From Myxococcota bacterium (GTDB lineage: Bacteria; Myxococcota_A; UBA9160; UBA4427), in contig JASMLK010000137.1 of NCBI GenBank assembly GCA_030748735.1, forward strand, positions 399 to 64,398: a stretch of 64,000 nt of DNA. The letters run 5' to 3'. The translations under genes and the position numbers were made by a program. Shown piece after piece: positions 44,033 through 52,108 of the stretch; the stretch's first letter is position 1; every line of letters starts with the position of its first letter. Below the pieces are notes generated by a model. That model made no database searches, was not told where the DNA came from, and saw only the letters and a program-made list of their open reading frames with translations.

Positions 44033-45199
44033 ATGAAGCTCGAAGACGTCGTCCCCGCAGCTCGTGCGCTCCTGCCCGCCACCCTGGAGCGCGCCGAGAA
44101 AACCGAAACGCAACGCAAGCTCCTCCCGGAGGCGGTACGCGACCTCCGCGACGCGGGGATGTTCAAGTTGGTCCAGCCGCGCCGTTACGGCGGCTTCGAA
44201 TTGGATCCCGCGGCGATGGTTCGGGCGAGTTCGGAACTCGCACGCAGCTGTGGCTCGACCGGTTGGTGCCTCGGGGTGCTGTCGGTCCACAACTGGATGT
44301 TGGGACTCTACGAAGAGAGGGCCCAGGAAGACGTCTGGGGTGAGGACCCGGAAGTCCTGCTGGCCGCCTCGTTCGCGCCGACCGGCGAAGCAGAGCGCGT
44401 GGCCGACGGCATCCGGGTGAGCGGTCGCTGGTCGTTCGCCAGTGGCTGTGACGCATCGAACTGGATGATGGTCGGAGCCGTGGTGCCGTCGTCGGGGCCC
44501 ATTCCGGATCTGCGTCTCTTCCTCGTCCCGGATAGCGAGTACACAGTCGACGACAATTGGCATGTGAGCGGCCTCGCGGGAACGGGCAGCAAGGACATCG
44601 TGATCGAGGGTGCAGTGGTCCCCGAACATCGATCCCTTTCTCTCGTCGAAGCCATGGCGGGCCGTTCACCCGGACAGGAACTCTACGCCGACAGCCCGCT
44701 CTACCGCGTTCCCTTCGGAACCATGCTGCTCTTCGCGCTGGTGGGCCCGGCTCTCGGACTCGCGCGCAGCGCCTACGCTTCGTTTCTCGAGCGCGCGCGA
44801 ACCCGGCAGATCACCTACAGCGCCGAGAAGCAATCCGAACAGACTCCCGTCCATGTGTTGTTGGGCGAGGCGACCTATCAGCTGGACGCGGTGGAGTTGC
44901 TGTGGGAACGCGATCTGGCCGAGATTGCCCGACGCACGCGAGACAAGCACGAGTTCACCCTGGAAGAGCGTGCTCGCTACAAGCGCGATGTCGGTCAAGG
45001 CCTGCGCGCGTGTCAGGAGGTGATCGCAAAGCTCTCCGGAGCGAGCGGTGCACACGGCATCTTCAATTCGAGCCCCATGCAGCGCGCGTTCCGAGACTCC
45101 CACGCGATGACGACACACGCTGCGCTGGATCCCACCCAGGCGGCCCGTACCATGGGGCGGGTGGAACTCGATCTCGATCCCTCTACGGCGATTCTCTGA
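44033..45199 (+). CDS. acyl-CoA dehydrogenase-fold flavin-dependent monooxygenase (HsaA/DszC/HpaB-C2-like)
   Basis: Motif FKLVQPRRYGGFELDP...SCGSTGWCLGV is typical of this group. 388 aa. ATG follows GAGGAG. Confidence 0.75.
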   Translation: MKLEDVVPAARALLPATLERAEKTETQRKLLPEAVRDLRDAGMFKLVQPRRYGGFELDPAAMVRASSELARSCGSTGWCLGVLSVHNWMLGLYEERAQEDVWGEDPEVLLAASFAPTGEAERVADGIRVSGRWSFASGCDASNWMMVGAVVPSSGPIPDLRLFLVPDSEYTVDDNWHVSGLAGTGSKDIVIEGAVVPEHRSLSLVEAMAGRSPGQELYADSPLYRVPFGTMLLFALVGPALGLARSAYASFLERARTRQITYSAEKQSEQTPVHVLLGEATYQLDAVELLWERDLAEIARRTRDKHEFTLEERARYKRDVGQGLRACQEVIAKLSGASGAHGIFNSSPMQRAFRDSHAMTTHAALDPTQAARTMGRVELDLDPSTAIL

Positions 45200-45223
45200 G
45201 CTACCGCCTGCGGGTCGGGCGGG

Positions 45224-46321
45224 CTACTGCAGCAACTCGAACGCCTTGCGTGCAAGTGTCGAGACCGGGAGGTCGTCGAAGCGGTCGGGGGCGATCCACT
45301 GGTGTGCCTGATGCCCGCCGTTTCGCACTCTCCCCTCAGCGCCTGCTGTCCGGAACAGGTGCAGCTGCATCTTCAGGTGTGTGAACACATGCTCGACAGT
45401 CCCTGCATAGGTGGGGCTCAGGAGCGAGAGCCCGACTCTTTCGCGCACGATCTGTTCGACATGATCCTTCGCTTCTGCCTTCGGTGGTAGTTCGCCACCG
45501 GGTAGCTCCCATAGATTCGCGAGCAGCCCGGTTTCCGGGCGCTGCACCGTGAGGATTCGCTCGCGGCGCGGGATCCAGACTGCGACGGCTTCGACGGGGC
45601 GTGGTTTCTTGTTCTTCGGTTTGTTGGGCAGCGACTCGACATCGCCTTTTGCGTAGCTGTGGCACATGCGAACGAGTGGACATGTCGGTTTGCAGCGCGG
45701 CGACCTCGGCGTGCAGACCGTCGCGCCGAGTTCCATCAACGCCTGGTTGAAATCGCCGGGGCGCTCTCCGAGCGCGAGTGCGCCTGCTTCGTGCCATAGG
45801 CGTTCGACGACGTTCTTCTGCGCGACGTCCGAACGAATGTCGAGCAAGCGCGTCAGCACGCGGATCACGTTTCCATCGACGACCGCTTCGGGTTGTCCGT
45901 ACGCGATCGAAGCCACCGCACCGGCGGTATAGCGACCGACACCTGGAAGCTTCTTCAGGTCTTCCGCCTGTTCGGGGACGCGGCCTTCGAAGTCGCCCAC
46001 CATCATCTGCGCAGCGTTGTGGAGATTGCGCGCGCGCGAGTAGTAGCCGAGGCCCGCCCAGTGTTCGTAGACATCGTCGCGGTCTGCGGTCGCAAGACTC
46101 TCGATGTCGGGGAAGCGGGCCAGGAAGCGTTCGTAGTAGGGGATCACGGTTTCGACGCGCGTTTGCTGGAGCATCGTTTCCGAAATCCAGATCGCGTACG
46201 GGTCGCGCGACCTTCGCCACGGCAGATCGCGGTGGTTGGTGTCGTACCAGCCGAGAAGCTTCTCGCGCAGGCGGCGGATGCGAGCGCGCGAGGTAGGTGG
46301 GCCGAGTTCGAGGCTGGTCAC
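45224..46321 (-). CDS. mutY: A/G-specific adenine DNA glycosylase
   Basis: Motifs ISETMLQQTRV, GLGYYSRARNL and LPGVGRYTAGAV, a 4-Cys cluster (CTPRSPRCKPTCPLVRMC), and a NUDIX-like C-terminus. GTG 46321 overlaps the sfsA stop (GTGA). Confidence 0.9.
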   Translation of the reverse strand: MTSLELGPPTSRARIRRLREKLLGWYDTNHRDLPWRRSRDPYAIWISETMLQQTRVETVIPYYERFLARFPDIESLATADRDDVYEHWAGLGYYSRARNLHNAAQMMVGDFEGRVPEQAEDLKKLPGVGRYTAGAVASIAYGQPEAVVDGNVIRVLTRLLDIRSDVAQKNVVERLWHEAGALALGERPGDFNQALMELGATVCTPRSPRCKPTCPLVRMCHSYAKGDVESLPNKPKNKKPRPVEAVAVWIPRRERILTVQRPETGLLANLWELPGGELPPKAEAKDHVEQIVRERVGLSLLSPTYAGTVEHVFTHLKMQLHLFRTAGAEGRVRNGGHQAHQWIAPDRFDDLPVSTLARKAFELLQ

Positions 46322-47031
46322 AGCCGAATGGGTAGCCTGTCTTCGAGGGTGATCCCACGGGCGCGCACCCGCGCGCGTACCGCGATGGCTTCGACGCCGT
46401 TCTTGCAGGCTTCGCGAAGGGCTTCGCTGTAGGCGGGATCGATCGCGTCGGCGGGTTCGAAGTACGCGCAGTCGACGCGTTGCACGACGAAGAGCACGAC
46501 GGCCCGTGCCCCCTCGCGCTTCAACCGTTCGAGGGTTTCCATGTGACGCTTGCCGCGCGACGTCACCGCGTCGGGGAAGCGTGCGATGCCCTCGTCCTCG
46601 AGGGTGACGCTCTTCACTTCGACATACGCCGGCGCCTGCTTCCGCGCGTGCCCGTCGAGCATGAAGTCGAGTCGCGACCCGCCCAGAACCCCGACCTCTG
46701 GCCGCACGTCGCGATATCCCTCGAGCCCCTCGATCGCGCCTGCGCCCAGGGCCGCCGCTGCGAGCCGGTTCGCGTGCATCGGCTGCAGCCCCACCCAGCT
46801 TCGCCCGACACGAATCATCTCGAGCGAATGCTCGAGCTTGCGCTTCGGGTTGTTGCTCGTCGAGCAGCGCACGAGCGCCCCCGGCGTCGAGCACCCCTTC
46901 ATCGAACCCGGGTTCGCGCAGTGGACGGTGAGTTCGCGTCCGTCCGGGGTTTCGACATCGGCGAGGAAGCGTTTGTAGCGGCGCAGCAGACGCGCTTCGA
47001 GGTCGGCGCGCAGGGGGATGGTGATGCTCAT
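46318..47031 (-). CDS. sfsA: sugar fermentation stimulation protein A (DNA/RNA nuclease SfsA)
   Basis: Motifs LLRRYKRFLADV, HCANPGSM and the VEVKSVTL block. Confidence 0.85.
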   Translation of the reverse strand: MSITIPLRADLEARLLRRYKRFLADVETPDGRELTVHCANPGSMKGCSTPGALVRCSTSNNPKRKLEHSLEMIRVGRSWVGLQPMHANRLAAAALGAGAIEGLEGYRDVRPEVGVLGGSRLDFMLDGHARKQAPAYVEVKSVTLEDEGIARFPDAVTSRGKRHMETLERLKREGARAVVLFVVQRVDCAYFEPADAIDPAYSEALREACKNGVEAIAVRARVRARGITLEDRLPIRL

Positions 47032-47041
47032 CCGCGCGATG

Positions 47042-48409
47042 CTATCGCCCCGCGGCAGCCAACTTCACCTCGATGTGGCTCTGGATCCATCGCGCGTCCC
47101 ACCATTCCAGCGGATCCACGTACGTTCCACCCACCAGGATCGCGAAGTGCAGGTGGTCGCCGCCCGCGAGCCCCGTCGCGCCGGTTCGTCCGAGCGACTG
47201 CCCGCGCTCCACCATGTCGCCCGCCTTCACCGCGAAATCGGTGAGATGGCCGTATAGCGACGTGATCCCCATGCCGTGGTCGACGAGCACGCAGTTGCCG
47301 TAGATGCCGAGGTCGTCGGCAAAGATGACGCGACCGCTGTTTGCCGCGGTCACGGGTGCGGCGGCGCGGCTCGCGAGGTCGAAGCCATAGTGGGTCGCTT
47401 GCGAAATCTCGTTGCCACTCTCGAAGTAACGCCGCTGTTCCGCAAAGCGGCTCATCACCTTCGAGTTCGGAAGCTGGGTGAATGTTTCGCTCCAATATCG
47501 CTGGGGGTCGCTCTCGGCAACCAGCTCCTGGATGCGCGCTTCGTCGCGTGCGCGAATGTCGCGGTTGATCACCTGGAAGGCTTCGACGTTGTTTGGCTTG
47601 GTGACTCCCGTGTGCTCGGCGAGCGACGGAACCACGCGATCGAAGAAGCGCTTCGAGAGATTCAGGTGCTCTTCCGAAAACCGGCGTTCGTTCAGACGTA
47701 CGTTGAGCGATGCCGTCGCAACGTTGCCCGCCGCGTCCTCGGCCTCGAGACGGATCTCGGGGTCGCGGGGTGCGTGGACTTCGACAGCGAAGAAAGCCAC
47801 GCGATCGCCCGTTCCGCCGAGGTTCCCCGGCGCCGGATAGCCGGGGTAGAAGCGGTCGCCCACGCGTACGCCGTCGCGCGCGGTGTTTTCATCCACGCGA
47901 TACGTCGCCGCCGCCGCACCACCTCGATAGATGTACGTGAGCCCGGTCGTCGTCTGGATGCGGGGCGGCTTCGTGTCGACATCGAGCTGCACTGTGATCT
48001 CGCTGCGGTTGCCCGCACCCGCGTCGCGCCACGACCAGTCGCGCGCGGTCACGATCAGGGTAGAAGTGCCGTCGGCGAGTGAAAGGGCACGTGGGTCGAG
48101 GGGGATCGCTACGCGAGTGCTGCCCGAATCGACGGCGCCGGTGATGAGATTGCCCGCGTAGGTCTCGTCGTAGACGGTCTGCCCCCCGCCTCCCGACACG
48201 ATGCGCACCTGCAGGCTGCGAAGACCGGTTCCGGTGTCGAGAGCTTCGAGTTCGAGCTCGTGCCCCGCAGTGCCGAGCGCCACCGCCTCCGGACCCGAAA
48301 GTGTCGGTCCGGTGCTCTCGAGCCGCGGCATCGAAAACACGGCGATCACCAGCGCGCCAACGACGAGCGCGATGGTCGACCAGCCCTTCCAGTTCAGTGC
48401 ACTACTCAT
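47042..48409 (-). CDS. M23-family metallopeptidase with N-terminal membrane anchor
   Basis: Motif VLVDHGMGITSLYGHL...GATGLAGGDHLHF. N-terminal TM segment. Confidence 0.85.
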   Translation of the reverse strand: MSSALNWKGWSTIALVVGALVIAVFSMPRLESTGPTLSGPEAVALGTAGHELELEALDTGTGLRSLQVRIVSGGGGQTVYDETYAGNLITGAVDSGSTRVAIPLDPRALSLADGTSTLIVTARDWSWRDAGAGNRSEITVQLDVDTKPPRIQTTTGLTYIYRGGAAAATYRVDENTARDGVRVGDRFYPGYPAPGNLGGTGDRVAFFAVEVHAPRDPEIRLEAEDAAGNVATASLNVRLNERRFSEEHLNLSKRFFDRVVPSLAEHTGVTKPNNVEAFQVINRDIRARDEARIQELVAESDPQRYWSETFTQLPNSKVMSRFAEQRRYFESGNEISQATHYGFDLASRAAAPVTAANSGRVIFADDLGIYGNCVLVDHGMGITSLYGHLTDFAVKAGDMVERGQSLGRTGATGLAGGDHLHFAILVGGTYVDPLEWWDARWIQSHIEVKLAAAGR

Positions 48410-48727
48410 CTGTTTCGCCCCCGAAAAGTCGCGACTCCGGGCGGTGTGAGACGGGAGCGCGGGCGAGCGCGTGCTCGACCCCTGCCCGCAAAGTCGACCC
48501 CCACGCGCCCCCGCGTGGGATTGACGCGCGCGATGCGCTTGCCGACCTTCGCCTCCACCCCCCAGTGCAGACGCGACGAGTCTACCGGGTGTCGGTTGCT
48601 CTCGTCACGTCGTTCTGCCGATCCCTCGCCCGGTTCCCCGGTTTCGAGTACGAGACACCGCGCGCCAGGCCGGCGTTCGCAGCACCCCGCAGGTCGGCCG
48701 CGCATGAAGTGAGGAGAAGACCGACCG

Positions 48728-49324
48728 ATGTCGAGCATCGAACGCATCGTTCTCGTGCGACACGGCGAAACGGTCGGGCAGTCGAGCATCCGCTACTACG
48801 GCGCGACGGATGTCGCCCTATCCGGGCTCGGCGCCGATCAGGCCGCAGCCGCAGCAAGCGCGATCGCGAGGGTCAGCGGCAGCGTCGCCTTCGACTGCGT
48901 CGTCGCGAGCCCGCTCCAGCGGGCGTGGCGTTCCGCGACGATCATCGCGCCGCAAAGCCGCGTCCGCCTCGAAGCCGGCTTTCGCGAGATCGACTTCGGG
49001 CATTGGGAAGGCCTCACCCGGGAAGAGATCGAGGCGCGTGACCCCGAAGCCTACGCGCAGTGGCAGCGTGAGGGCATCGAATTCGACTTCCCGGGCGGCG
49101 AGCGTCGCAATGACTTTCGCGCCCGCGTGGTCGAGGGGCTCGAACGCGTGATGACGCTACCGGTGCGAAGCGTCCTGCTTGTTGCCCACAAGGGCATCGT
49201 GCGAACCGTCGCGGAGCGGCTTTCGGGGGAAACCCTGGGCAGCGAGCATCCCGAGCTCGGGGCCGTCTACGAAGTCGCGCGACAAGGGGCGGCGGACTGG
49301 AAGCTCGACCGGTTGCCCGACTAG
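48728..49324 (+). CDS. histidine phosphatase family protein (phosphoglycerate mutase / CobC-like)
   Basis: RHG motif (LVRHGETVGQS) and a downstream H in LLVAHKGIVR. Confidence 0.8.
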   Translation: MSSIERIVLVRHGETVGQSSIRYYGATDVALSGLGADQAAAAASAIARVSGSVAFDCVVASPLQRAWRSATIIAPQSRVRLEAGFREIDFGHWEGLTREEIEARDPEAYAQWQREGIEFDFPGGERRNDFRARVVEGLERVMTLPVRSVLLVAHKGIVRTVAERLSGETLGSEHPELGAVYEVARQGAADWKLDRLPD

Positions 49325-49477
49325 CCGCCTCGCGTCGCGCTTTCTGGCTTCGGCCGATTGCTTCTCATACAGTTGGCCTGCCTTCGAGCCCAGCCAACGG
49401 CTCGTTCTTTCCGCGCGCAGTGCGCGGCCTCTCGATCGCCAGTCCCGTAGTGCGACCCAAGCGGAGTGCAACCCACC

Positions 49478-50794
49478 ATGGCCGACGCCCCGAACACGTT
49501 TCTCGCCGAACTCGAGTGGCGTGGTTTGCTGCATCAGACGGCGGGGCCGGGCATCGAAGAGCATCTCGCCGGCGGCCCGCGCATCGGCTATTGCGGTTTC
49601 GATCCCACCGCGGACAGCCTCGGTGTTGGCAACCTGGTCGCGCTCTCGATCTTGCGTCACTTCCAGAGAGCTGGACATCGTCCCATCGTGTTGCAGGGCG
49701 GTGCAACGGGGCTGATCGGCGACCCCAGTGGCAAGGACGCCGAGCGCAACCTGCTCACCGAAGACGAAGTGCGTCACAACGTCGACTGCCAGGCGAAGAT
49801 CATTCGGCCGCTCTTTACCTGGGAAGACGAAGACCCCAGGTGTGGGGCGAAGCTCGTCAACAATCTCGATTGGTGGGGCGGGCTCGGTTACATCGAAGTG
49901 CTGCGCGACGTGGGCAAGCACTTTTCGGTGAACGCCATGATCCAGCGAGACTCGGTGCGCGACCGCCTGCACAACCGCGACCAGGGCATCAGCTACACCG
50001 AGTTTTCGTACATGCTCCTGCAGGCCTACGACTTCCTGCACCTGCATCGCAACCATGGTTGTACATTGCAGATGTCGGGTTCGGATCAGTACGGAAACAT
50101 CGTGAGCGGCATGGACCTGATCCGCCGCGACGCGGCCGCGCGCGACGCCGAAGCCGAGAGCTTCGCGGTCACCACGCCGCTCATGCTGAAAGCCGACGGC
50201 AAGAAGTTCGGCAAGACGGAAAGCGGCAACATCTGGCTTTCGAAAGAGCGCACGAGCCCGTACGCGTTCTTCCAGTTCTGGATCAACGCGAGCGACGACG
50301 ATGTCGGACGCTTCCTGCGCACCTTCACGCTCTTCGACCGCGAGGAGATCGAGGGCATCGAAGCCGAGCACGCGAAGGCTCCGCATCAGCGCATCGCACA
50401 GAACCGCCTCGCGGCGGATGTCACCCGTGCGGTCCATGGTGCAGACGAACTCGCGCGCGTCGAAGCCGCGACTCAGGTGTTGTTTGGCAAGGGTGAGCTT
50501 CGCGATCTCGATGCTGAAATGCTGCGTGACGTGTTCGCCGACGTTCCACATTCCACGCATGCAAAGTCGAGCCTCGAAAGAGAAGGCGTGGCTCTCGCGG
50601 ACTTCCTGCCCGAAACCACCCTCGCGAAATCGAAGCGCGAAGCGCGCGAGTTCCTGGGCAACGGCGCAATCTCGATCAACGGCGAAAAGGTCGCAGCCGA
50701 CGCAAGCCTGACGACGCGCGACCTGCTCCACGGCGGAACGATCCTGATCAAGCGCGGCAAGAAGCTCTGGCACGCCGCGCTGTGGCGCGACTGA
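49478..50794 (+). CDS. tyrS: tyrosine--tRNA ligase
   Basis: Motifs GFDPTADSL, GGATGLIGDPSGK, KMSKS-equivalent KFGKTESG, and a C-terminal S4 domain. ATG 49478 is preferred to the track start at 49466. Confidence 0.9.
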   Translation: MADAPNTFLAELEWRGLLHQTAGPGIEEHLAGGPRIGYCGFDPTADSLGVGNLVALSILRHFQRAGHRPIVLQGGATGLIGDPSGKDAERNLLTEDEVRHNVDCQAKIIRPLFTWEDEDPRCGAKLVNNLDWWGGLGYIEVLRDVGKHFSVNAMIQRDSVRDRLHNRDQGISYTEFSYMLLQAYDFLHLHRNHGCTLQMSGSDQYGNIVSGMDLIRRDAAARDAEAESFAVTTPLMLKADGKKFGKTESGNIWLSKERTSPYAFFQFWINASDDDVGRFLRTFTLFDREEIEGIEAEHAKAPHQRIAQNRLAADVTRAVHGADELARVEAATQVLFGKGELRDLDAEMLRDVFADVPHSTHAKSSLEREGVALADFLPETTLAKSKREAREFLGNGAISINGEKVAADASLTTRDLLHGGTILIKRGKKLWHAALWRD

Positions 50795-50824
50795 GCAGTC
50801 TTGACGTCTTCTAGCCTGGAGTTC

Positions 50825-52078
50825 TCACCAGGCCTGCCCCAGCTCCTCTTCCTCCGGAGCGAGTTCGTTTAGCTCCTTTGCAACTCGAACCAACGTACTC
50901 TTGTCCTCGTCGGCAACGAGGCGAAGGCGAACCTGGTGCCGGCCTTCGGGAAGTTCGATCTCGAACGCGTATCGCTTACCCAACGCCTGATCGGCCGCGG
51001 TCCAGGATTTCGACTTTCGAACGGGGTGATCGTGCCACTTCATTGGGATCCCATCGACCGAGGCCTCGACTGCGTAGCGTCCGGGTGTCGCCTCGGGGTC
51101 GACCATCACGCGCGAGGCCACGCGGAGTCGCACGGGACCACTCAGGTCGATTTCTGTGGAACTGCCGTCGTCGAGGCGCCACCAGCGTTGCTCTTCCTGC
51201 TCCTGTGACGTAATGCGGACGGAGTTCAGGTCGAGCAACTCGAGTGATTCCCACTCGGTTGGCCTGGGTTCTGCTTCGAGAAGATTGGCGGCGACGAGAC
51301 TCAAGGTCGCCACAGACGCAGCCATCGCCACACCTCGAGCGAATCGACGTGGCCAGGATTGACCGCGCCGGTTCGCACGGATCGCGGGCCAGACGACCTT
51401 GCGCGCGCGATCGAGGTCGAAGGGGAAGTCGATCTCACCCCATGGAATGCCGTGAATATCGACAGGCTTCAACGGGACTTCGGACGCGATTTCGGAAACC
51501 GCCGAGCTCAGCCAATCGTTTTCGCCGCCACCCTCGATCACCTTGTTCGCCAACTCGAACAATCGACGTGCGGTTCGAGCCTGGAACTTCAGGACGCCCA
51601 CGTTCTCTCCCGACACCTCACTCTCGGGGAGCGACTTGCTCATGGCCGTGAGCATGCCGTCTTCGATGTGCAGCTTCATCTGCTCAGCCGCTTCCCCCGA
51701 ACTCGAGTCATACGCGATGGCGTCGCCGTCGGTCTTGAGGAGAGATTCGATGATCTTGGGGTCGATCAGCAGGTCGCTGTTCAACACCAGCACAGGACCG
51801 TCGACCCAATCTCGAGCCGTCCAGAAGGAGTACAGGCTGTTGGTGTTTCGCCAGGCGGTGTTCTCGATGAACTCTGCGCGGAAGCCCACGACTTCGCGAA
51901 TCTCGTCGGCGCAGTACCCGACGACGATTCCGACGGGACCGACGCCGCAGTCGGCGAGGGTTTCCAGTTGGTGCTCGATCAGGGCTTTGCCTCCGACCTG
52001 CAGCAGGCACTTCGGCTGCTCTGCGGTCTTCTCGCCCATGCGACTTCCGCGGCCCGCGGCCAGGATCAATGCTTTCAT
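50825..52078 (-). CDS. nucleotidyltransferase (LicC/cytidylyltransferase-like) fused to a TM segment and a C-terminal domain of unknown function
   Basis: N-terminal ILAAGRGSRMG...PKCLL and NTNSLYS motifs. Hydrophobic segment GVAMAASVATLSLVAANLL. A further roughly 150 aa with no recognisable motif. Confidence 0.75.
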   Translation of the reverse strand: MKALILAAGRGSRMGEKTAEQPKCLLQVGGKALIEHQLETLADCGVGPVGIVVGYCADEIREVVGFRAEFIENTAWRNTNSLYSFWTARDWVDGPVLVLNSDLLIDPKIIESLLKTDGDAIAYDSSSGEAAEQMKLHIEDGMLTAMSKSLPESEVSGENVGVLKFQARTARRLFELANKVIEGGGENDWLSSAVSEIASEVPLKPVDIHGIPWGEIDFPFDLDRARKVVWPAIRANRRGQSWPRRFARGVAMAASVATLSLVAANLLEAEPRPTEWESLELLDLNSVRITSQEQEEQRWWRLDDGSSTEIDLSGPVRLRVASRVMVDPEATPGRYAVEASVDGIPMKWHDHPVRKSKSWTAADQALGKRYAFEIELPEGRHQVRLRLVADEDKSTLVRVAKELNELAPEEEELGQAW

Positions 52079-52108
52079 CGGGACATCCTTTCGTGTTGTG
52101 CTTCGCGG

